The translations under genes and the position numbers were made by a program. A stretch of DNA of 64,000 nt from Turneriella sp. Its GTDB lineage: Bacteria > Spirochaetota > Leptospiria > Turneriellales > Turneriellaceae. The notes beneath the pieces are model-generated. The model ran no database searches. It saw nothing but the letters and a program-made list of their open reading frames with translations, and had not been told where the DNA came from. The stretch covers positions 4,768,001-4,832,000 of the forward strand of contig CBDIID010000003.1 in the NCBI GenBank assembly GCA_965279515.1. The letters are read 5' to 3'. Every line of letters starts with the position of its first letter. Within the stretch, counting starts at the first letter, position 1. This document shows positions 9,075-19,457 of the stretch, one piece after another.

Positions 9075-11042
9075 ATGTCGAAAACTCCGTTTTGGCTAAC
9101 GATGCGCCATTTGCCCGATGTCTTTGCCGCCTCGGCCCAAAAATTCCCCGGGCAGGGCTTTTATTCCAAAGATTCGCATAAATTCTTCAAGCCGACGCCT
9201 TTTTCTTCCTTATACAAGACGGCTTCTGCATTTGCGATCCATCTCATTCAAGGCGGATTAAAACCGGGTGACCGGGTGGCGCTCTTCGGCGATAATTCGG
9301 CCGAGTGGCTGATCGCCGACATGGCGATCCAGATGGCGGGGGCGATTGTCGTGCCGCGCGGCTCTGATTCGACGCCGCAGGAACTCGAATTTATCCTGAA
9401 CCATGCCGAGGCCGGTCTCGTCTTTATCGAACACTGGCGGCTCTATAAGAAGATTGCGCCAGCGCTGAAAAAGCGCGGCGCGAAAGTCTACATTCTCGAC
9501 GCCGATTTTCCGCAGAAAACGGCGGCCGACGACAAACTCGTCATTTTGCCGGAGCTTCTTAAAACCATCCCAGCGAGTACTGCGACCGACGACAAGCTGC
9601 TGGCAGAGCTGCGCGCGCAGATTCTGCCGTCAGATCTCTTCACGATCATATATACCTCAGGTACAACCGGCGAACCCAAGGGTGTGATGCTCTCGCATGC
9701 CAACATGATGTACCAGCTGGAGATCGCGCCGAAAAACCTCGGCATGTCGCCGGCCGACCGCATCCTGTCGATTCTGCCGGTCTGGCATATCTTCGAGCGC
9801 TTTATGCTCTACAGTGTGATCTATGCGGGTTCGCATTATTTTTATTCGAACAAAAAAGACCTGATGGAAGATTTTGTCCGCGTGAAACCCACGCTGATGG
9901 CTTCGGCGCCGCGGCTGTGGGAGCAAATTTACCAGAAGCTGCGTGAACGCATCGACAAGACTGAGGCATTTAACCGCGAACTCTTCGATCTCTCTTATGG
10001 CATCAAACAGCGGCTGCACCGCGCTGAAAATATTGTCAACGGGCAGAGTGCCGAAACCAAAGAGCAGGGCTTCGTGGCGGGCATCGTTGAGTCTTTCACA
10101 GCGGGGCTGACAGCGCTCGGGCTTAAAGCCCCCGATGGTTATATGGATTCGATCTTTCTCGTGCGCGTGCGCGCGATGCTGGGCGGCGAGCTGCGCGGTA
10201 CCATCTCGGGCGGCGGCGCGTTGCCGATCCATATCGACGAATTTTTTAACGCCATCGGCATCCCCGTGTACGAAGGTTATGGCATGACCGAATGTTCTCC
10301 GCTGATTTCGATGCGTGTGCCGGGGAAGGTCATTACCGGCACCGTCGGCTTCGTGCCTGAAAAGACAGTGGTCGAAATCCGCGGCGACGACGGTGTGCGC
10401 ATTTTGCCTGCGGGTGAACCCGGTGTGATCTTCGTTAAGGGGCCCGGCGTGATGAAGGGCTATTATAAAAACGGTGATGCGACGCTCAAGGTTTTAAAAG
10501 ATGGTTGGATGAACACCGGCGATATCGGTGTCTTCACGAAGAGCGGCCAGCTCGCGATCCGCGGTCGCGCGAAAGATACCATCGTGCTGCGCTCGGGCGA
10601 GAATCTAGAGCCCGTGCCGATTGAAACCCTGCTCGCGCAGCATCCGCTCATTGAGCAGGCCGTCGTCGTGGGGCAGGACCAGAAGAATCTAGGCGTACTC
10701 ATCTGGCCGGAATATGACAAGCTCATCGATGCGGGTTATGATGTGAAGGAATTCGATTTAAAAAATGATCTCAACACCATGCCCGCACTCATTGCGATCT
10801 TCAAAGAAATCACCAGCGACCTCATTAAAGAAGAAAACGGTTTCAAAGGCTTTGAGCGTATCAGCCACGTGCGTTTTCTGCCCGCGAAACTCATGGTCGG
10901 CGAAGAGCTCACGGCGCTGATGAAGATCAAACGCAATGTCGTGCATCAAAAATACGCGCCGCTGATCGAAGGGATGTTTAAGGAGTCGGCACGGACCTCC
11001 CTGTCCGCCGACTCCACGGTACCTCCTGTACCCATGGATTAA
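9075..11042 (+). CDS. fadD: Long-chain fatty acid--CoA ligase
   Basis: IIYTSGTTGEPKGVMLSH, YEGYGMTE, GWMNTGDIG, GRAKD. Confidence 0.92.
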   Translation: MSKTPFWLTMRHLPDVFAASAQKFPGQGFYSKDSHKFFKPTPFSSLYKTASAFAIHLIQGGLKPGDRVALFGDNSAEWLIADMAIQMAGAIVVPRGSDSTPQELEFILNHAEAGLVFIEHWRLYKKIAPALKKRGAKVYILDADFPQKTAADDKLVILPELLKTIPASTATDDKLLAELRAQILPSDLFTIIYTSGTTGEPKGVMLSHANMMYQLEIAPKNLGMSPADRILSILPVWHIFERFMLYSVIYAGSHYFYSNKKDLMEDFVRVKPTLMASAPRLWEQIYQKLRERIDKTEAFNRELFDLSYGIKQRLHRAENIVNGQSAETKEQGFVAGIVESFTAGLTALGLKAPDGYMDSIFLVRVRAMLGGELRGTISGGGALPIHIDEFFNAIGIPVYEGYGMTECSPLISMRVPGKVITGTVGFVPEKTVVEIRGDDGVRILPAGEPGVIFVKGPGVMKGYYKNGDATLKVLKDGWMNTGDIGVFTKSGQLAIRGRAKDTIVLRSGENLEPVPIETLLAQHPLIEQAVVVGQDQKNLGVLIWPEYDKLIDAGYDVKEFDLKNDLNTMPALIAIFKEITSDLIKEENGFKGFERISHVRFLPAKLMVGEELTALMKIKRNVVHQKYAPLIEGMFKESARTSLSADSTVPPVPMD

Positions 11043-11044
11043 AT

Positions 11045-12037
11045 ATGACAACTCAGACAAGACCCGTTTCAGGCGAAAAAATCCTCATCACGACCCCCGA
11101 CCACTGGAAGATTGCGCTCTACCGTTACCTGCCGGAGAAAATCACGCGCAAACACCCGGTGCTACTGCTGCACGGCATCGCCTCAAACCACAAGGTCTGG
11201 GATTTCGGCGTGCCCGAATTCAGTTTTGCCCAACACCTCGTCGGCCTGGGGTATGCGGTCTATTCGATGGACCTGCGCGGCCGCGGCGGCAGCGACGGCC
11301 CGCATACGGGACGCGGCAAGCAGTGGTCGGTCGACGATTACCTGCTCTGCGATCTGCCGGCGGCGACAGAATATATCATCGCCCAGCACGGTGTAGAGAA
11401 ACTGCACTGGGTGGGGCACAGCATGGGGGGTATCCTCGGTTTTTTCTACCAGATTCGCCACAAGGCTGCAAACCTGCAGAGTTTCACTACTTTTGCTTCG
11501 GCGCTGAACTATACCTATTCGACGATCAACCACTTTCGCTCATGGCTCGACTATATCAGCGCGATGCAGTATTTTCCCGTGAACCGGTTCTGGCGGCCGA
11601 TGCAGGCGCTCGCTGGCTTCAATACTGTCTGGAACCGTTTCCTTTGGAATCCCGAAAATATGCGCAGCGATATCGGGCAGAAGATTATCGGCGAGATGAT
11701 CGAGCCGATTGCTGTCAACGAGTGGAACCAGATTAAGCTAATCTCTGCCGCCGAAGGCATGCCCCGGCTCTCCGGTGGTTTTCCGCACCTGGCGGATGAC
11801 CGGCGTATCCAGGTGCCGGTGCTGATGCTGGCGGGTGACCGCGACTGGCTGTGCGCGCTCGATGGCGTCGAATGGACGATGGACGAGCTGCCCTGCGAGA
11901 AAAAACTCATCGTCTTCGGCAAGGAATACGGCAGCGCCACGAACTACGGCCATATGGATCTCGTCTGTGGGCTCCATGCGCCGCGTGAGGTCTGGCCGAA
12001 GGCGACGCAGTGGCTTGAGAAGCGGGACAACGCCTGA
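11045..12037 (+). CDS. Alpha/beta hydrolase (lipase/esterase-like)
   Basis: LLHG, GHSMGG nucleophile elbow, DWLC Asp, YGHMD His. Confidence 0.88.
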   Translation: MTTQTRPVSGEKILITTPDHWKIALYRYLPEKITRKHPVLLLHGIASNHKVWDFGVPEFSFAQHLVGLGYAVYSMDLRGRGGSDGPHTGRGKQWSVDDYLLCDLPAATEYIIAQHGVEKLHWVGHSMGGILGFFYQIRHKAANLQSFTTFASALNYTYSTINHFRSWLDYISAMQYFPVNRFWRPMQALAGFNTVWNRFLWNPENMRSDIGQKIIGEMIEPIAVNEWNQIKLISAAEGMPRLSGGFPHLADDRRIQVPVLMLAGDRDWLCALDGVEWTMDELPCEKKLIVFGKEYGSATNYGHMDLVCGLHAPREVWPKATQWLEKRDNA

Positions 12038-12038
12038 C

Positions 12039-12416
12039 ATGCCGAAAAAGACCACGCCAGCCGAGAAAAAGCCGCGCATTTTCGCAATGTCTTTTGCGAG
12101 TGTCTATCCTCTCTACATCCAAAAAGCCGAAAAGAAAGGTCGCACCAAAGCGGAAGTCGATAAAATTATCTTTTGGCTCACCGGATACGACGCAAAAGGT
12201 TTGCAGAAATGCCTGAAAGAGGCTGTCAATTTCGAAGACTTTTTCGCGAGGGCTCCCCGTATCAACAAAAATGTTTTGCTCATCACCGGCGTTGTTTGCG
12301 GTGTAAGGGTAGAAGAAGTCGAAGACAAGCTGATGCAGAAGATCCGTTATCTCGACAAGCTGATCGATGAACTCGCCCGCGGCAAGGCGATGGAAAAGAT
12401 TCTACGCGAGCCCTAA
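12039..12416 (+). CDS. DUF2200 family protein
   Basis: [24 protein letters not shown]...WLTGY...[22 protein letters not shown]. Start at ATG 12039. Confidence 0.88.
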   Translation: MPKKTTPAEKKPRIFAMSFASVYPLYIQKAEKKGRTKAEVDKIIFWLTGYDAKGLQKCLKEAVNFEDFFARAPRINKNVLLITGVVCGVRVEEVEDKLMQKIRYLDKLIDELARGKAMEKILREP

Positions 12417-12482
12417 GCTCCGGTAGTTCAGCGAATTTCGCGTTTCGCCGCGTTTCCATAATCCACCGCGGCTTGCCGACGC

Positions 12483-13577
12483 ATGGATTTTTTCGACCGC
12501 GATATCAATACCTTTTTCGGGACATTGCAGAAGACCAACCGCGAGCGGAAGCTTGAAACGGCTGCCCCTGACAGCGTCGATCTTTGTTCCAATGACTATC
12601 TCTGCCTGTCGCAGCATGCAGAGCTCATCGCCGCCCTCAAAGAGGGTATCGATAAATACGGTGCCGGTTCAACCGCGAGCCGCCTGATCCGCGGCCACCG
12701 CGACGTCTTCGCCGCGCTCGAGCAAAAATTTGCGGCCTGGGTCGGCGCCGAGACGGCGCTGTTCTTTGCCAACGGCTATGCCGCGAATGTGGGGGCAATT
12801 TCTGCGATCTGTGATTCATCCTACGACTGCTTTGTCGATCGTCTCGCTCACGCGTCGCTGCTCGATGGCATACGGCTTTCGGGTGCCCGCAAAGTCTATT
12901 TCAGGCATAACGATGCAGCGCATTTGGAAGAGCAACTCGCAAAAAGCACCGCGAAGAAAAAAATCATCATCACCGAATCTCTCTTCAGTATGGACGGCGA
13001 CCGCGCGCCTTTGGCTGAAATCGCTGCGCTCAAAGAAAAATACCGCGCCTTGCTCTATGTCGACGATGCGCATGCGATCGGTGTCTATGGTGACAAGGGC
13101 AGGGGGCTTGCGGGCGCAGAATGTGATTTTCGTATGGCAACTCTCGGCAAGGCGCTGGGGCTTGAAGGTGCTTTTATTGCAACCGGCGCTGCCGCACGAA
13201 AGTTTTTCATGCATAGCGCGCGCACTTTTGTGTTCTCCACAGCGCCCTTACCGGCAATCGCGCACGCGGGCTTAACCGCGCTTGATCTTGTACAGAATAT
13301 GGCTTCCGAGCGAAGCCATATTTCGGCTCTTGCCGAGAGCCTGCGCACCGGCGTGAAAGCCGCAGGCCGCTCCACGGGTACATCCGACTCGCATATCATA
13401 CCCGTGCTCTGCAGCTCAGAAGCCGAAGCGCTTCAGCTGGCACAGAAGATGCAGGATGCGAAACTACACATTAAGGCGATAAGGCCGCCGACAGTCAAAG
13501 AGTCGCGGCTGCGCATTTCACTCAATGCCGGCATCGATGAAAAGATCATCGAACGCATTTTGGCGATTCTGGCATAA
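12483..13577 (+). CDS. bioF: 8-amino-7-oxononanoate synthase
   Basis: SNDYL, GSTASRL, HASLLDG, FSMDGD, DDAHAIG, TLGKALG; first gene of the bio cluster. Confidence 0.93.
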   Translation: MDFFDRDINTFFGTLQKTNRERKLETAAPDSVDLCSNDYLCLSQHAELIAALKEGIDKYGAGSTASRLIRGHRDVFAALEQKFAAWVGAETALFFANGYAANVGAISAICDSSYDCFVDRLAHASLLDGIRLSGARKVYFRHNDAAHLEEQLAKSTAKKKIIITESLFSMDGDRAPLAEIAALKEKYRALLYVDDAHAIGVYGDKGRGLAGAECDFRMATLGKALGLEGAFIATGAAARKFFMHSARTFVFSTAPLPAIAHAGLTALDLVQNMASERSHISALAESLRTGVKAAGRSTGTSDSHIIPVLCSSEAEALQLAQKMQDAKLHIKAIRPPTVKESRLRISLNAGIDEKIIERILAILA

Positions 13578-13579
13578 CC

Positions 13580-14239
13580 ATGGCAATCTTCATCACGGGT
13601 ACAGGTACCGATGTCGGTAAAACTCTGTGCTCGGCGCTCATCATGACATGTTACGGCCGCGAGCTGAATCTGCAATATTTCAAACCCGTGCAAACGGGCG
13701 ATGCCAGCGACCGTGAAATCGTCGCGAGGCTCACAGGTCTGAATGATTCCTATTTCCGCCCCGAAGAGTATCGGCTGAAGCTCGCCGCTTCTCCGCATTT
13801 TGCGGCAGAATCAGAAGGCATCACCATTGAAACCGGGGTTTTGGCTGCGAGCCTCAAGGCAACAGCGGGGCAGGGCACGGTTCTCGAATTGGCGGGTGGG
13901 CTTATGGTTCCACTGTCGCGCTATTATACAAATTTAGATTTAATGCGCTCGGTGGGATTTCCCGCGTTGCTGGTCGCTGCAACGGGGCTGGGTACAATTA
14001 ACCACACCGTGCTGTCTTGGCAGGCACTGCAGGCTGCCGGCATCCGCTGTCCCGGAATCTTTTTCGTTGGTGCGGAAAATTTTCTCCGCGCCGATAATGT
14101 GCGCACCATCATCGAAATGACAGGGGCCGCAAATCTCGGGCAGTTCTTGTTGCCCGAAAAAAAACTTTCACCAGCAGAATTTCAGGAGCTCGCGCGCGGG
14201 TTTGATACTGCAGGCAAGGTGAAGGCGGTTTTTTCATGA
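13580..14239 (+). CDS. bioD: Dethiobiotin synthase
   Basis: FITGTGTDVGKT, KPVQTG, ELAGGLMVP, LGTINHT. Confidence 0.95.
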   Translation: MAIFITGTGTDVGKTLCSALIMTCYGRELNLQYFKPVQTGDASDREIVARLTGLNDSYFRPEEYRLKLAASPHFAAESEGITIETGVLAASLKATAGQGTVLELAGGLMVPLSRYYTNLDLMRSVGFPALLVAATGLGTINHTVLSWQALQAAGIRCPGIFFVGAENFLRADNVRTIIEMTGAANLGQFLLPEKKLSPAEFQELARGFDTAGKVKAVFS

Positions 14240-15507
14240 TCTGGCATCCCTTTACACCACAGCAAAACGCCGATGAACCCCTCAAGATCATCCGCGGCAA
14301 AGGCGAGTTTCTCTATGGTGCCGACGGCAGGGAATATATCGACGCCATTGCCTCATGGTGGACCGCTATCCACGGCCATAACCATCGGCATATCGTTCAG
14401 CGTATCAAAACCCAGCTGGATGTATTGGACCATGTCATGCTGGGCGGCTTTACACATGAACCGGCCCTGCAGCTTGCCGAAAAGCTTCTCGCTTTAACCA
14501 ACGGTGACTTCCACAAAATTTTCTATTCCGACAATGGTTCGACCGCTGTAGAGATTATGCTGAAGCTCGCTGTGCAGTACTGGCATAACCTGGGCAAACC
14601 GCAAAAGAACACGTTTATCAAGTTCGACGTCAATTACCATGGTGACACGATCGGGGCGATGAGTACTGGCGGTGATTCGGTTTTTAACCGTATCTTCGCA
14701 GCATTGATGTTCCGAAACCAAAGTTTTCCTTATCCCACAGAAGGCGCCACAGCCGATGCGATCCTCTCGGATCTCGACCAGTACCTTGCGGAAAATCACA
14801 ACACAGTTGCCGGCATCATTCTCGAACCGCTGATTGCCGCCGCCGGGGGCATGGTCTTCCAGAGTGCTCAAACCCTAGACAAGATTGCCGGCATAGCAAA
14901 GCGGCATCATGTACTCTTGCTGCTCGACGAGGTTTTTACGGGAATGGGGCGTACGGGAGCGATGTTCGCCTATCAAAAGGCAATAGTTAAACCCGATATG
15001 ATCGCCCTCGCGAAGGGACTTACAGGTGGCGTGCTGCCGCTCGCCGCGACCTTAGTGACGAAAGAGATCCATGCGGCATTTCTTTCGGAGGAGCCCGCGA
15101 AAACATTCTACCACGGCCATACGATGACGGGCAACCCCCCCGGCTGTGCGGCGGCGCTGGCATCGCTCGAAATATTTGGTGCTGAAAACACCCTGGCTGC
15201 CGTGAAGCGGCTGGAGGAAAAAATGTCGGCTTATGGGCAAGATCTCATGCGGCGTTTCCCCGAAAAAATCACGGCGGCGCGCAGCTGCGGTGCGGTCAGC
15301 GCTGTGAACCTGATTTCCCGGGAAGAAAAGCCCGGCTATGTCTTTTCGGCGGCAAAGGCGATACGCAGAGAGGCCCTGGCAGAGGGGGTAATCCTACGCC
15401 CGCTGGGTGATGTAATCTACGTGACACCGCCTTACAATATTTCGGATGCTGCGCTCGAAAAAGTTTTTGCGGTGATCGCCCGAATTCTGGAAAAACATGA
15501 AGTCTGA
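14236..15507 (+). CDS. bioA: Adenosylmethionine--8-amino-7-oxononanoate transaminase
   Basis: [43 protein letters not shown]. Confidence 0.96.
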   Translation: MIWHPFTPQQNADEPLKIIRGKGEFLYGADGREYIDAIASWWTAIHGHNHRHIVQRIKTQLDVLDHVMLGGFTHEPALQLAEKLLALTNGDFHKIFYSDNGSTAVEIMLKLAVQYWHNLGKPQKNTFIKFDVNYHGDTIGAMSTGGDSVFNRIFAALMFRNQSFPYPTEGATADAILSDLDQYLAENHNTVAGIILEPLIAAAGGMVFQSAQTLDKIAGIAKRHHVLLLLDEVFTGMGRTGAMFAYQKAIVKPDMIALAKGLTGGVLPLAATLVTKEIHAAFLSEEPAKTFYHGHTMTGNPPGCAAALASLEIFGAENTLAAVKRLEEKMSAYGQDLMRRFPEKITAARSCGAVSAVNLISREEKPGYVFSAAKAIRREALAEGVILRPLGDVIYVTPPYNISDAALEKVFAVIARILEKHEV

Positions 15508-16552
15508 AGCAGCCAGTGTAATCGATAAAATTGAAGCGTTAAATATACTTACCGGCAAGACGCCGCTGTATCTAGCCCTGTCGCGCGCCGCGGAGCTCCG
15601 GGAGAAATATTTCGGCAAAACGGTGCGCATCCATATTCTCGATAACATTAAAAACGGCCGCTGCGCAGAGGATTGCGGTTATTGCGCACAACGCAAAGAC
15701 GCGCATTCAGGCATCGCCGACTATCCGCTGAAAAGCGACGAAGAGATTTTTGCCGATGCGCTGCAGGCAAAACAAAACGGCGCCTATCGCTTCTGTATGG
15801 TGACTTCAGGTACAGGTCCCTCCAAAAACGCTACCGAGCGTCTCGCCGGGGTTATCCGCCGCATTTCAGAGGAGCTGGGAATGCGCGTCTGCCTGTCAGC
15901 CGGCCTTCTCGACGGCGAAAAGGCAGATGTCCTCGCGCGTGCGGGTCTCGACCGCTATAACCACAACCTCAATACTTCAGAGAGCCATTATCCGCAGATC
16001 TGTACAACACACACCTACGCAGAAAGAAAACAGACACTGGCGGCCCTGAACGGTGCCGGTGTCGGCCTGTGCTCGGGTGTGATTGTCGGCATGGGCGAAA
16101 CTGCGCAGGATCTTGTGGATGCGGCCTTTGCGCTGAAAGATTTTCGCGTGATTTCCATACCGGTGAATTTTTTTATCCCGGTACCGGGCCATGCAGTTCA
16201 GAACGCCGCGCCGCTGACTCCCGAATTTTGCCTGCGTTCGCTGATCGTCTTTCGTCTCATCCATCCTGATTCAGAAATACGCATCGCTGCGGGCCGCGAG
16301 GGTCATCTCAGGGGATTACAATCTACAGCGCTCATGGCAGCAAATTCGCTGTTCGCGTCGGGATATCTCAATGTGAAGGGATCGAATATCGCAGAGACAA
16401 TGGCGATGATCCGCGACGCAGGTTATGAACCGGAAATGGAAGCGGGCACGGTACCCTCAGCAGAGGAGTTGTCGCTGGCTGACCTGCCGGCAAAAGGCAC
16501 ATTGTATTCGCCGGATAATTTTCCCGAACTGCTTAAATTCCGGAAAGTTTAG
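15497..16552 (+). CDS. bioB: Biotin synthase
   Basis: [10 protein letters not shown] radical-SAM motif, [26 protein letters not shown]. Confidence 0.97.
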   Translation: MKSEAASVIDKIEALNILTGKTPLYLALSRAAELREKYFGKTVRIHILDNIKNGRCAEDCGYCAQRKDAHSGIADYPLKSDEEIFADALQAKQNGAYRFCMVTSGTGPSKNATERLAGVIRRISEELGMRVCLSAGLLDGEKADVLARAGLDRYNHNLNTSESHYPQICTTHTYAERKQTLAALNGAGVGLCSGVIVGMGETAQDLVDAAFALKDFRVISIPVNFFIPVPGHAVQNAAPLTPEFCLRSLIVFRLIHPDSEIRIAAGREGHLRGLQSTALMAANSLFASGYLNVKGSNIAETMAMIRDAGYEPEMEAGTVPSAEELSLADLPAKGTLYSPDNFPELLKFRKV

Positions 16553-16554
16553 CT

Positions 16555-17691
16555 CTAGCGAACGGATTTCAAGACTTTCGCGAATTTTTCGAGATCTGTG
16601 TCGGCAAAATTCAGGTGCGGCGAGAAACGGATGTTGCCCTCGCGGAAAGCGCAGACGACACCCGATTTCATGAGCGCCGCGTGCAGCTGCGTCATGTCGC
16701 CGTCACGCCTTCCCGAGACAATGGCCGTCTGGTCGGCGCCAAAACCATCGCGGAGCAGGGTAAAGCTGTTTTCGCGTAAAATGGCGCCGAGCTTGTCGGC
16801 TAAATGAAAGAGCCGCGCCTGCACTGCAGTAAAGCCGATTGTGTCGAGAAAACGCAGCGAGCTCTCCAGGAAAATCCAGTTCATATAAGGCGCAGTCGAC
16901 AGCATGAAACGTTCGACGCTCTCTTTATAATCTTCGCGGTGCGGCAGGTAAACCTCGTCGTTCTTGACGGAAGAGGTGCCGGCGACGCGGATATCCAGCT
17001 TTTTCAGGAAGCTATCTGCCACATAGAGGCCGCCTGAACCCAAAGGGCCCAGCAGCCATTTCCAGCACGAGAAAGCCATCGCATCGACCCCCAGCGCTTT
17101 GACGTCGATTTCGACATGTCCCGCGCCCTGCGCGGCATCGAGAATAAACGCCACGCCCCGGCTTTTGAGTAACCTGCCGATGGCAGCCAGGTCAAACTTC
17201 ATACCGGTCAGCCAGTCGACCGCCGACAGCGACATCACGCGCACATTGGTTGTGAGCTCGGCCTTGATATTTTCGAGAAATTCCGCGTTGGATGTCCCCG
17301 GTGAAACAAAGCCGATTTCCACGCCGAGGCGTTTCAGCTGCAGGAAAGGATAGACATTGCTGGGGTATTCGCGTTCGACGAGCAGAATTTTATCGCCGCG
17401 CTCGAGCGGCAGGCTCTGCGCGATAAAGGTCATGCCTTCGGCTGTATTGGCGAGCAGCGCATATTCATGCGCCTCGCCGCCCAAAAGTTTGGCGAAATAA
17501 TTCTGAATATTGCGCTTGGTCTGGCCATGCGGTTTTAGGGTCTGCAGTACACCCGCCTGGGAAAAGGCATCGAGGTAACCTTTGAGTTCATCTGCTGAAG
17601 TTTTGGGCGGTACGCTGACACCACAGTTATTGAGCCACACGAGATCGTCGCGCAGGTCAAATTTTTTACGGACTTCCTGGAAATCTGTCAT
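16555..17691 (-). CDS. Class V PLP-dependent aminotransferase (cysteine desulfurase/isopenicillin N epimerase-like)
   Basis: EYPSNVYP, LDAAQGAG, FSCWKWLLGPLG, IRFSPH. Confidence 0.88.
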   Translation of the reverse strand: MTDFQEVRKKFDLRDDLVWLNNCGVSVPPKTSADELKGYLDAFSQAGVLQTLKPHGQTKRNIQNYFAKLLGGEAHEYALLANTAEGMTFIAQSLPLERGDKILLVEREYPSNVYPFLQLKRLGVEIGFVSPGTSNAEFLENIKAELTTNVRVMSLSAVDWLTGMKFDLAAIGRLLKSRGVAFILDAAQGAGHVEIDVKALGVDAMAFSCWKWLLGPLGSGGLYVADSFLKKLDIRVAGTSSVKNDEVYLPHREDYKESVERFMLSTAPYMNWIFLESSLRFLDTIGFTAVQARLFHLADKLGAILRENSFTLLRDGFGADQTAIVSGRRDGDMTQLHAALMKSGVVCAFREGNIRFSPHLNFADTDLEKFAKVLKSVR

Positions 17692-17726
17692 ATAATAGCA
17701 GCGGGTTTTATGCGCTGCTCAGGCTG

Positions 17727-18476
17727 TCACTTGGGTTTAGCTTTTTTCGCTTTGGCTTTTTTGCGCTTCGCGGCCGGCTTCTTCGCCGCCTTGGCTTCGG
17801 GCTTTAGTTTCATGCCCTGTATCAGGTATATGAGTCCCTTGAGTTTTTGCGCCTTGAGTCTCTCGGCAAGGCCCAGGACTTCTTTTTCACCCAGAAAGTG
17901 TATGAGTTCGAGAACGTTTTTCGACCCAACGCTTTTGATCAGCGATGAGAGATGCTCCACACTGTCAGCTTTGATGAGGCTACGTAGGAAATCCACCTTG
18001 AGGCGGGTTGCCAGCGGCGCCAGCTCGGCCATCGGTACTTTTTTCACGAGGCCGACGAGATTATCGGTCGGCAGATCGCGCGCGAGCACCAGAGCACGCT
18101 CAGGGCCTGTGGCCGTCAAAAGTTCGAGCATGCGCCCGACGCCGATACCCTGGATAATGCGCACGAGGCGGGTACTTTCAAGGTGGCTGAGAAAGAGCAC
18201 GATATTATCGACTTCCACGCTGTTGAGCAGCGCGATCGAATCTTCGGCAGAGAGCGCATTCATGAGCGCGACGAGCGCTTCGACTTCGCTGCGCTTGACG
18301 ATGGCCGCAACGGTGCGCACCGAAGAGTGGCGCAACACGCTGAGAATCTTTTGGTGTTCAATATTGCGGGAGAGATAGGTGAGTTTATCGCCGGGCATCG
18401 TCGACAACAGTACGATGACCTTGCCGGGGCCCAGCACGGTCAGGTATTCGAGACCTTTGGCGAGTTCAGAGGCCAT
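17727..18476 (-). CDS. 12-residue helical-repeat protein (MgtE-N-like) with Lys/Ala-rich tail
   Basis: Regular 12-aa hydrophobic periodicity; C-terminus KPEAKAAKKPAAKRKKAKAKKAKPK. Confidence 0.65.
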   Translation of the reverse strand: MASELAKGLEYLTVLGPGKVIVLLSTMPGDKLTYLSRNIEHQKILSVLRHSSVRTVAAIVKRSEVEALVALMNALSAEDSIALLNSVEVDNIVLFLSHLESTRLVRIIQGIGVGRMLELLTATGPERALVLARDLPTDNLVGLVKKVPMAELAPLATRLKVDFLRSLIKADSVEHLSSLIKSVGSKNVLELIHFLGEKEVLGLAERLKAQKLKGLIYLIQGMKLKPEAKAAKKPAAKRKKAKAKKAKPK

Positions 18477-18533
18477 GTGACATAAGGTTCAGGCGAAACA
18501 GGGCGAAAAGGCGAACCCGTATGCGGGCTCAAA

Positions 18534-18562
18534 GCCCGCTGCGGCATTTCACCGAAGCGGGC
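18534..18562 (-). terminator. Hairpin downstream of tRNA-Asp
   Basis: GCCCGCT..AGCGGGC stem followed by TTT on the minus strand. Confidence 0.45.
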
Positions 18563-18567
18563 CAGTG

Positions 18568-18641
18568 CGGGGTTGGCGGGACTCGAACCCGTGACCTTCC
18601 ACGTGACAGGCGGATGCTCTAACCAACTGAGCTACAACCCC
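18568..18641 (-). tRNA. tRNA-Asp (GTC), CCA not encoded
   Basis: GGGGTTG/CAACCCC acceptor stem, D arm GCTCAGTTGGTTAGAGC, anticodon loop CTGTCAC, GGTTCGAGTCC T arm. Confidence 0.97.
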
Positions 18642-18654
18642 AAAAAATCCAATA

Positions 18655-18714
18655 AGGCGTATGCTCTAACCAACTGCGACCCATACGGGTCTCCGTCTTC
18701 GGAGCTACAACCCC
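18655..18714 (-). pseudogene. Tandem 5'-half copy of tRNA-Asp with 26-nt insertion in the D arm
   Basis: 33 of 34 nt match 18608..18641; interrupted by CGACCCATACGGGTCTCCGTCTTCGG (18677..18702). Confidence 0.85.
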
Positions 18715-18781
18715 ATTAAAAAATGGTGTGGCAAAATGTGGATTTGAGACAAGGTGTCTATGAAAAGTCGCAAGGAAAGTA

Positions 18782-18802
18782 CCCGGGCGAAAGCCGCCCG
18801 GG
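18782..18802 (-). terminator. GC-rich hairpin terminator
   Basis: CCCGGGCG-AAAGC-CGCCCGGG about 12 nt after the stop of 18814..19290. Confidence 0.6.
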
Positions 18803-18813
18803 AAGCGTTAGGA

Positions 18814-19290
18814 TTATTGGATGGGTTTGATGCCGGTCAAAATACGCACGAGAGCCTTGTGGTGCTTCTTCGCGCCTTCTTCAGAGATAATGCCGAATAC
18901 CATGAGAACCTTGCCCGTGGGTGTCTTGATCAGCATAACGCCGACTTCCACCGGATGGCCTTCGACGGTGCCCTTGCCGTCGACGCTATGCGCTTGCATG
19001 CCGTTTACGGTCAGGTCTTCCCCGGCGCCGTGCGTCAGGTTCTGCACCATTTTATTCAGCTCGCCGTCGAGTGCGCTCATTGCCGCTTCGACACTGTCAC
19101 CACCCATGACAATAAAGCTGAGGCTGGCGAGACCGTCCTTGGTTTCCGCGTGCAAAGAATGATCGTCCCCTGAAACTTTCCAGTTACCGGGAATGTCGAC
19201 CACTACGCCTGAATCCGCGTGCGGGTATTTTTTAGCCGAAAGGGTGCCGGCCGCGATAAGTACAACAGCTAGAATTAAAAGTTTTTTCAT
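18814..19290 (-). CDS. Secreted hypothetical protein (possibly PsbP/DcrB-like fold)
   Basis: Signal peptide MKKLLILAVVLIAAGTLSA; GGAGG SD upstream. Confidence 0.75.
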   Translation of the reverse strand: MKKLLILAVVLIAAGTLSAKKYPHADSGVVVDIPGNWKVSGDDHSLHAETKDGLASLSFIVMGGDSVEAAMSALDGELNKMVQNLTHGAGEDLTVNGMQAHSVDGKGTVEGHPVEVGVMLIKTPTGKVLMVFGIISEEGAKKHHKALVRILTGIKPIQ

Positions 19291-19457
19291 ATTTTCCTCC
19301 GAAATTTTTTTGGAGTTGGACTGTCTTCAGGCAAGCATGGTGCGTCAATAGGTATACCTTGCACGGCTGTTACAGCGCACGGGATGTTCATCCTATACGA
19401 CTGACGAAGCCACAGCGATAACTATTGACGTCGCGCATGGTTCCGGTTTGTAAAGCC

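Noticed and set aside
17710..18378. 222-aa plus-strand ORF and many similar long antisense ORFs (e.g. 55642..56607, 21793..22587)
   Set aside because: Shadows of real genes on the opposite strand in GC-rich DNA; no motifs.
18655..18714. Intron-containing or split second tRNA
   Set aside because: The copy stops before the anticodon and has no 3' half of its own; no splicing motif evident.
19381..19394. GGGATG-TT-CATCCC palindrome
   Set aside because: Short single occurrence with no supporting context.
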